Shown here: positions 27,523 to 32,000 of the stretch, piece after piece
How positions within the stretch are numbered: position 1 is the stretch's first letter
How the letters are laid out: each line of letters starts with the position of its first letter
Assembly (NCBI GenBank): GCA_000432835.1
Contig: FR890370.1
Location: 102,092-134,091, forward strand
Direction: 5' to 3'
From: Clostridium sp. CAG:417
GTDB lineage: Bacteria; Bacillota_I; Bacilli_A; RF39; UBA660
DNA: 32,000 bases
Translations under genes and position numbers: made by a program
Notes under the pieces: generated by a model
What the model was told of the DNA's origin: nothing
Databases searched by the model: none
What the model saw: only the letters and a program-made list of their open reading frames with translations

Positions 27523-29463
27523 ATGAATAGTCAAGATTTAACTTTATTGTCAGAAGGACAAATTTGGGGAAACGATAGTGAATCCCAATTAGAAGTAATT
27601 AGAAAATATGGAACAAAAGCTGCAATTACAGATTTATGTGTTTTAACAGGTAGTTATTTATGTGAAGATACTGATTATAATATAGATGAAGATAAATCTT
27701 TAACTGGTAGAACTAGTTGGTTTTGGACTAGATCTGATGATGGCAATAATGATGTCCGCACGGCCGAGGAGGATGGTATTAGGCACATCAAGTGTAGGTA
27801 TAAACGCCATGGTGCTGTTCGCCCAGCTTTGCAATCTTCTGTAATCTTTTCCCAAATCTCCCCGAACAGAGTGAGGGGATACAATGAAACAGAAGAAGTA
27901 GAATATGGAGAATATCCTCAAAATGCTGCTGATTCAAGAATGCAAAGTATACTAGAGGCAGAATATATACTAAAGGCAGAATATAATAGAGGAATGAATA
28001 AAACAGGAAGAAGTTACACTTTTGATTCTGTAAAATATGATGACTATAATACAGGATTTAAACCTGTAACCTATGAAGAATACGAATATCAAGGAAAGGA
28101 ATATATTCGTATAAAAGCTAACTCTGTTTTTGGTGGCAAGAGATTCCTGCTTTCAAATGGTGTTAAATATAGAAATGGTGATTACGTTTGGGTAGAAGTA
28201 TCACCGGTTAAATGGTTGATAGATGATAGAACAGGAATTTTAATTTCAAAAAAAGGATTGGTTTCTGGTATAAGGTTTCTTGATAAAAATACTAATTATA
28301 AAGGTGATTTTGATAGAACAGAAATGAAAGAATATCTTGATAGATATATGCTTCGAGATTTAACTCAAACTGTAACATTTACTCGTGTTCAAGATATGAC
28401 ACCAGAAGAAAAAGCTCAATTTGAGGAAGAACAAAAACAAGCTGAAAGAAGAAGAAACCCTTATGGTTTAAAATTTGGACAAGTAAGTGAAGAAGAAATC
28501 ATAAGAGGAGCAATAGAAAGTGGTGTAGCGGTATTCTTGCATGGCCCTTCATCAGAGGGTAAATCTGCAAGAGTAAAACAAATTGATCCTACTTGCGAAA
28601 TAATATATCTTCGTAATGCGACACCAGAAAGTTTAAATGGTAAAAGTGTATATAATGGATCAACAGGAGAAATGATGGATGTTCCACCAACATGGCTTAA
28701 GAAATTACAAGAAAAATGTGAAAAGGAACCAAATAGACTTCATGTAGTATTCTTTGATGAAATAACAAATGCACTACCAAGTATTCAAGGTATAGCGTTT
28801 AATATAGTTTTAGATAGAGAAGTAAATGGTATTTGGAAATTACCAGAAAATGCTAGAATTGTAGCAGCAGGAAATGATATGAAAGATTCATTAGCTGCAA
28901 ATCAGTTAGCAGAACCATTATTCAATAGATTTGCTCATGTATATATTAAAACAACAACCGAAGGTTGGTTAAAGTGGGCAAGTGAACATAATATACATCC
29001 AGCAATTTATTCTTATATTGCTTATAAGAAGGGTGAAACACTCCGAAGTAAGTATGATGGCAAGAAACCTAATGCTGATCCTAGAAAGTGGGAAATGGCT
29101 TCTAAAATGCTTTATGCAACAGGATGTCCAGAAATGTTAAGGGCATTAGTAGGTGAAGATATAACAAGAGAATTTGTTGAGTTTTGTAAACAACAAGTAA
29201 TAACATTAGATGATGTAATAAATGGAAATTATACCGATAGAGATATGCAGGCATTAAATACTGCTGAAAGATATGCAACAACTATGGAATTAGCACGGGT
29301 AGATGATGATAATTTAGAAAAAGTTAGAGGATTCGTTACAGGCTTAGGAGCAGAGTTTGGAGCAATTTTTGATGCTTTATGGACACATGGCGATGAAAGT
29401 AAATTAGAAAGACTTGCAGAAGCAAAACTTGCTGAAATGCCTGGAGGAGGTATAAGAAGATAA
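27523..29463 (+). CDS. fusion protein: N-terminal W-x-R-S...V-R-P-A-L motif domain(s) plus C-terminal MoxR/AAA_5-type AAA+ ATPase
   Basis: Walker A GPSSEGKS (nt 28543-28566), Walker B VVFFDE (28744-28761) followed by ITNA, sensor-1 AAGN, and NRF Arg. N-terminal TSWFWTRSDD...GAVRPAL motif. ATG 27523 lies 9 nt after ggag; the ORF-track alternative is 27514. Confidence 0.8.
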   Translation: MNSQDLTLLSEGQIWGNDSESQLEVIRKYGTKAAITDLCVLTGSYLCEDTDYNIDEDKSLTGRTSWFWTRSDDGNNDVRTAEEDGIRHIKCRYKRHGAVRPALQSSVIFSQISPNRVRGYNETEEVEYGEYPQNAADSRMQSILEAEYILKAEYNRGMNKTGRSYTFDSVKYDDYNTGFKPVTYEEYEYQGKEYIRIKANSVFGGKRFLLSNGVKYRNGDYVWVEVSPVKWLIDDRTGILISKKGLVSGIRFLDKNTNYKGDFDRTEMKEYLDRYMLRDLTQTVTFTRVQDMTPEEKAQFEEEQKQAERRRNPYGLKFGQVSEEEIIRGAIESGVAVFLHGPSSEGKSARVKQIDPTCEIIYLRNATPESLNGKSVYNGSTGEMMDVPPTWLKKLQEKCEKEPNRLHVVFFDEITNALPSIQGIAFNIVLDREVNGIWKLPENARIVAAGNDMKDSLAANQLAEPLFNRFAHVYIKTTTEGWLKWASEHNIHPAIYSYIAYKKGETLRSKYDGKKPNADPRKWEMASKMLYATGCPEMLRALVGEDITREFVEFCKQQVITLDDVINGNYTDRDMQALNTAERYATTMELARVDDDNLEKVRGFVTGLGAEFGAIFDALWTHGDESKLERLAEAKLAEMPGGGIRR

Positions 29464-29855
29464 TGGAAAACAAGAAAGAAATATTATTATCATATATTAA
29501 AGCAAATGTTGCACCAATATTAGTTGATTTTATATCTGGTAAGGATTTGAATGGTGCAGTTGTAGTACCTGCCAATGTTGATATTAAAGAGTTAAATGGT
29601 CATTATGATGGAGCAGATTTTATGCCTCCTAAATGGCTTAACGAAATATTAAGTACAAATGCCAGTAGAATATTAGTAATTGATAAAATTGATTCGATTT
29701 CTAAAGAAGAACAATTAAAGTTTTGTGAATTATTAGAACATAGGAAAATATCTACATTTAAATTACCTAAAAGCTGTATAATAATTGTTACTGCAAATGA
29801 AATAAATAAAGATAAAATAAGTGAAGAAATATTTTCATTAGTTGCACGAATTTGA
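29463..29855 (+). CDS. degenerate, P-loop-less paralog of the upstream AAA+ core (130 aa)
   Basis: TAATG overlap with gene A. It aligns by eye to A residues ~325-478 (PPKWL vs PPTWL; ILVIDKID vs VVFFDEIT; KLPKSCIIIVTAN vs KLPENARIVAAGN; EEIFSLVARI vs EPLFNRFAHV). SGKDLNGA replaces GPSSEGKS. Confidence 0.65.
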   Translation: MENKKEILLSYIKANVAPILVDFISGKDLNGAVVVPANVDIKELNGHYDGADFMPPKWLNEILSTNASRILVIDKIDSISKEEQLKFCELLEHRKISTFKLPKSCIIIVTANEINKDKISEEIFSLVARI

Positions 29856-29865
29856 GGTGTGAGTT

Positions 29866-31374
29866 ATGAAATATGATATAGCAGCATTAAAAAGAAAAAT
29901 GCTTGTTAAATATCCTTTTTTTGGGAGTGTAGTAGCAAGTGTAGGTTATAAAGAAAATAAAGATATACAAACCGTAGGTACAGATGGAGAAACAATATAT
30001 TATAATCCGGAATATTTAGAGGGATTAAGTGTTGAGGAACAAACTTTTATATTTGCCCATGAAGTATGTCATATTGCATTCAATCATATATTAAGAAGTG
30101 AAGGTAAGAATCCTGAATTATGGCATATTGCTACTGATGGTGTTATTAATCAATTTTTAAAACGAGATGGTTTAAAAATGGCACCCGGTGTTGTTGATAT
30201 GGCAGAAGCTATTAATTATGACGCTGAACAATTATATGAAAAATTATTACAAGAAAAACAACAAAGACAACAACAAAGTGGACAAGGCAATAGTCAACAA
30301 AATCACCAACAAAGTAGTGGTGGTAGTCAAAGTGAAAATAATCAACAACAACCTCAATCACAACAAGATAATGGAGAAACACAGAATCAGCAACAGCCTC
30401 AATCACAACAACAAGGTAATTTAGGTAGTGGAGGTTCACAAGGGCAAGAAAAGCAATCACAAGAACAGAGTGGTGGTGAATCTGGGGAAGATTCACAAAA
30501 AGAAGATAAATCAAAACAAGATGTTGGGCATGATACTCACAGTATGTGGGAACAAGCAGTAAAAAAACATAAAGAACAACGAGAAAAAACTGATAAAAAA
30601 GAGAGTTTATTAGACAAATTATTAGGAAAAGATAAAGAGAAAACTGAACTTGAAAAGAAACAAGAAGAACTTGAAAGTATGGGAGAAAAAGATGCTTTTA
30701 AAAAGAACCTTGAAGATAAAAAGAAACAGCTAGAAGAATTAAAAGAGGTAATTTCAAAACAAGCATCACAAGCAGGCACATCAACGAATAGAGATATTAG
30801 AACAGTTAATAATATAGGTACTGCTAAACCAATAATTGATTGGCGTTATGTTTTAAGAGAGGCAATTAAGTATGATGTTGATTGGTCTTATAAAAATGCA
30901 ACATTAGAAGATGGTGTAGTTAGTGCTAATTTAGAAGAACAGCCAATGCCAGAAACTGAAATTGTTCTTGATACAAGTGGCTCAATAAATGAAGTATTAT
31001 TAAAGAACTTTTTAAGAGAATGTAAAAATATATTACAACATACTAAATTAAAAGTTGGATGTTTTGATACAGAATTTTATGGATTTCATGAGATTAGAAC
31101 AGAGGAAGATATAGAAAAAATGCGATTTGAAGGTGGAGGAGGTACTAACTTTGACGTTGCTGTAGGTGCTTTTTCAAGACGAGTTGAAAATAAAATAATT
31201 TTCACTGATGGTAAAGCTTCAATGCCAGATATGCCACTTGATGCAATATGGATAGTTTTTGGTGGTGAAAAAATTAATCCCAAAGGTGGTAAAGTAATTC
31301 ATATAGACAACGAACAACTTGAAAGACTATATAATTATCAAATGACTAATGAAACAAAAGGAAGGTCAAGGTAA
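29866..31374 (+). CDS. HExxH metallopeptidase-like domain (DUF2201_N-like), Q-rich/KE-rich linker, and vWA-like domain
   Basis: YPFFGSVV...VGTDGETIYYNPEYL...FIFAHEVCHIAFNHILR (HExxH at nt 30058-30072). MIDAS-like VLDTSGS (30970-30984), then GGGGTNF and IIFTDG. RBS gaggtg. Confidence 0.8.
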   Translation: MKYDIAALKRKMLVKYPFFGSVVASVGYKENKDIQTVGTDGETIYYNPEYLEGLSVEEQTFIFAHEVCHIAFNHILRSEGKNPELWHIATDGVINQFLKRDGLKMAPGVVDMAEAINYDAEQLYEKLLQEKQQRQQQSGQGNSQQNHQQSSGGSQSENNQQQPQSQQDNGETQNQQQPQSQQQGNLGSGGSQGQEKQSQEQSGGESGEDSQKEDKSKQDVGHDTHSMWEQAVKKHKEQREKTDKKESLLDKLLGKDKEKTELEKKQEELESMGEKDAFKKNLEDKKKQLEELKEVISKQASQAGTSTNRDIRTVNNIGTAKPIIDWRYVLREAIKYDVDWSYKNATLEDGVVSANLEEQPMPETEIVLDTSGSINEVLLKNFLRECKNILQHTKLKVGCFDTEFYGFHEIRTEEDIEKMRFEGGGGTNFDVAVGAFSRRVENKIIFTDGKASMPDMPLDAIWIVFGGEKINPKGGKVIHIDNEQLERLYNYQMTNETKGRSR

Positions 31375-31379
31375 AACAA

Positions 31380-31407
31380 AGATTTAGAAAAAATTCTGAA
31401 TCTTTTT
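31380..31407 (+). terminator. intrinsic terminator after the three-gene cassette
   Basis: agatttagaa-aaa-ttctgaatct 10-bp stem (one G.U pair) followed by a T6 run. Confidence 0.7.
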
Positions 31408-31481
31408 TGTATAATTTTAATCTTCCTTTATATATAATGAGAATCATTTTATTTGTATACGATATCCTATAAATGGTTAGT

Positions 31482-31783
31482 TAAATGCAATTTGTATTAA
31501 ATTATTGATATTTAAGGGTATAATGCAATTTATACCTTTATTTTTTATGAAAATATGTATAATAAATAGTGAAAAAGGAAATTTATTGCACTATGAAAAC
31601 AAGTTTACATTTTTATTTTCAAATTAAATGCAACTTTTTGTAATAGTATATTTAATCAATTGTTAGTCTTTTTTCATAGTATAACCTCCTTCGCTCTCTA
31701 AGCAAAACAATTGATTGAGATATATTAAAATGCATTATTAGACTAAATGCAACTTTAAAAATAAAAAAATAAAATTGCATTTA
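31482..31783. promoter_or_regulatory. cluster of TAAATGCAAYTT motifs (putative operator/iteron array)
   Basis: Exact 12-mers at 31482-31493, 31625-31636 and 31744-31755 (forward) and 31772-31783 (reverse), plus degenerate copies near 31521 and 31727. The last two full copies form a 9-bp inverted repeat with a 22-nt spacer. Confidence 0.5.
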
Positions 31784-31786
31784 CTT

Positions 31787-31863
31787 TTTAAAGTAATAAT
31801 AATCACCATGCATCTTGCAATTATTAATAAAATGTGGTACTATACCAAAACAAATACAGGGGG
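31787..31863 (+). repeat. promoter-bearing repeat, copy 2 (partner at 27301-27371)
   Basis: TTGCAA (31815-31820), 17 nt spacer, TACTAT (31838-31843), followed by the same CAAAACAAATACA...GGGG tail as copy 1. Confidence 0.7.
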
Positions 31864-31877
31864 CATATGTAAACAAA

Positions 31878-32000
31878 ATGAAAAATAAATTTGAAGAAAT
31901 ATGGATTATTAAATATAATATTGCATCAGCATATTATGAACACAATGGAAATTTAGAAATACCAGAAAAATTTAAAACCTTGAATGGTTATGAATATGAT
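31878..32000 (+). CDS. helicase-associated (HA) domain-like protein, N-terminal fragment (runs off window)
   Basis: MKNKFEEIWIIKYNIASAYYEHNGNLEIPEKFKTLNGYEYD fits the W..x..Y..a..Y...hGnL.iP..f pattern of HA-domain repeats. Only 41 codons are visible. Confidence 0.4.
   Translation, partial: MKNKFEEIWIIKYNIASAYYEHNGNLEIPEKFKTLNGYEYD

Noticed and set aside
27751-27880. Diversity-generating retroelement variable region as an explanation for the odd patch
   Set aside because: There is no reverse transcriptase, no template-repeat copy and no IMH-like element anywhere in the window. The patch is N-terminal rather than at a C-terminal ligand-binding tip.
27675-27921. Two overlapping antisense ORFs (69 and 73 aa) inside gene A
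   Set aside because: They coincide exactly with the GC-rich patch, where stop codons are depleted on every frame. They have no RBS and their sequences are low-complexity and basic. I treat them as composition artefacts.
30188-30779. ORFs 30188-30424 (+), 30212-30514 (-) and 30537-30779 (-) within gene C
   Set aside because: They lie in the CAA/CAG- and AAA/GAA-rich low-complexity linker. Their translations are repetitive (N/K/V runs, or S/F/L runs), as expected for alternative frames of a repeat tract.
31663-31677. 4-codon ORF (MKKD) behind a perfect aaggagg on the - strand, considered as a real gene
   Set aside because: It is too short to call a CDS. I keep it only as part of the regulatory-spacer finding, as a possible leader peptide or the decayed 5' end of a lost gene.
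27301-31863. Prophage or integrative element carrying the cassette
   Set aside because: There is no integrase, recombinase, transposase, terminase or structural gene. The flanking repeats look like duplicated promoters rather than att sites. I keep only the weaker 'inserted cassette' hypothesis.
1-32000. CRISPR arrays, IS elements/transposases, rRNA genes
   Set aside because: I scanned for regularly spaced direct repeats, terminal inverted repeats with transposase ORFs, and rRNA-like conserved blocks, and found none.

Overview
Low-GC chromosomal segment from a spore-forming Bacillota (Clostridia/Erysipelotrichia-like). Most of the window is core housekeeping and sporulation backbone, nearly all on the + strand. 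It carries a YfhO-like membrane protein (truncated at the window edge), an MBL hydrolase, spoIIGA-sigE, DUF421 and GHL10-like proteins, and three type IV pilin-like genes, two of them a tandem paralog pair. These are followed by nfo, a class B PBP, rpmG, efp, an HExxH protein, and a coupled YbaK-like/SDR/YnbB-like trio. Next come a lone spoIIIAH-like gene with gerE and gerM, then tRNA-Leu(TAG) and tRNA(CAT) on the - strand, a Phe T-box leader with pheS-pheT, a PfkB kinase and a small Smr protein.

Two regions look accessory. (1) 18.1-22.1 kb lies between gerM and the 3' end of tRNA-Leu. It holds five genes I cannot place, including a translationally coupled pair on the - strand: a two-TM coiled-coil membrane protein plus a glutamine-synthetase-fold amidoligase-like enzyme. 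(2) 27.3-31.9 kb is the most interesting part. It is a tightly coupled three-gene cassette. Gene A fuses a W-x-R-S...V-R-P-A-L motif domain to a MoxR/AAA_5-type ATPase. Gene B is a 130-aa P-loop-less degenerate copy of that ATPase core. Gene C has an N-terminal HExxH metallopeptidase-like domain and a C-terminal vWA (DxSxS MIDAS) domain, separated by a long Q-rich/KE-rich linker. The cassette is bracketed by two imperfect copies of a ~55-75 bp promoter-bearing repeat. It contains a 130-nt patch at about 51 % GC, and it is followed by a ~460-bp non-coding region dense in TAAATGCAAYTT motifs. I read it as an inserted vWA-MoxR-type NTP-dependent conflict or defence-like module of unusual architecture. 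All family assignments rest on motif recognition by eye, with no database search.
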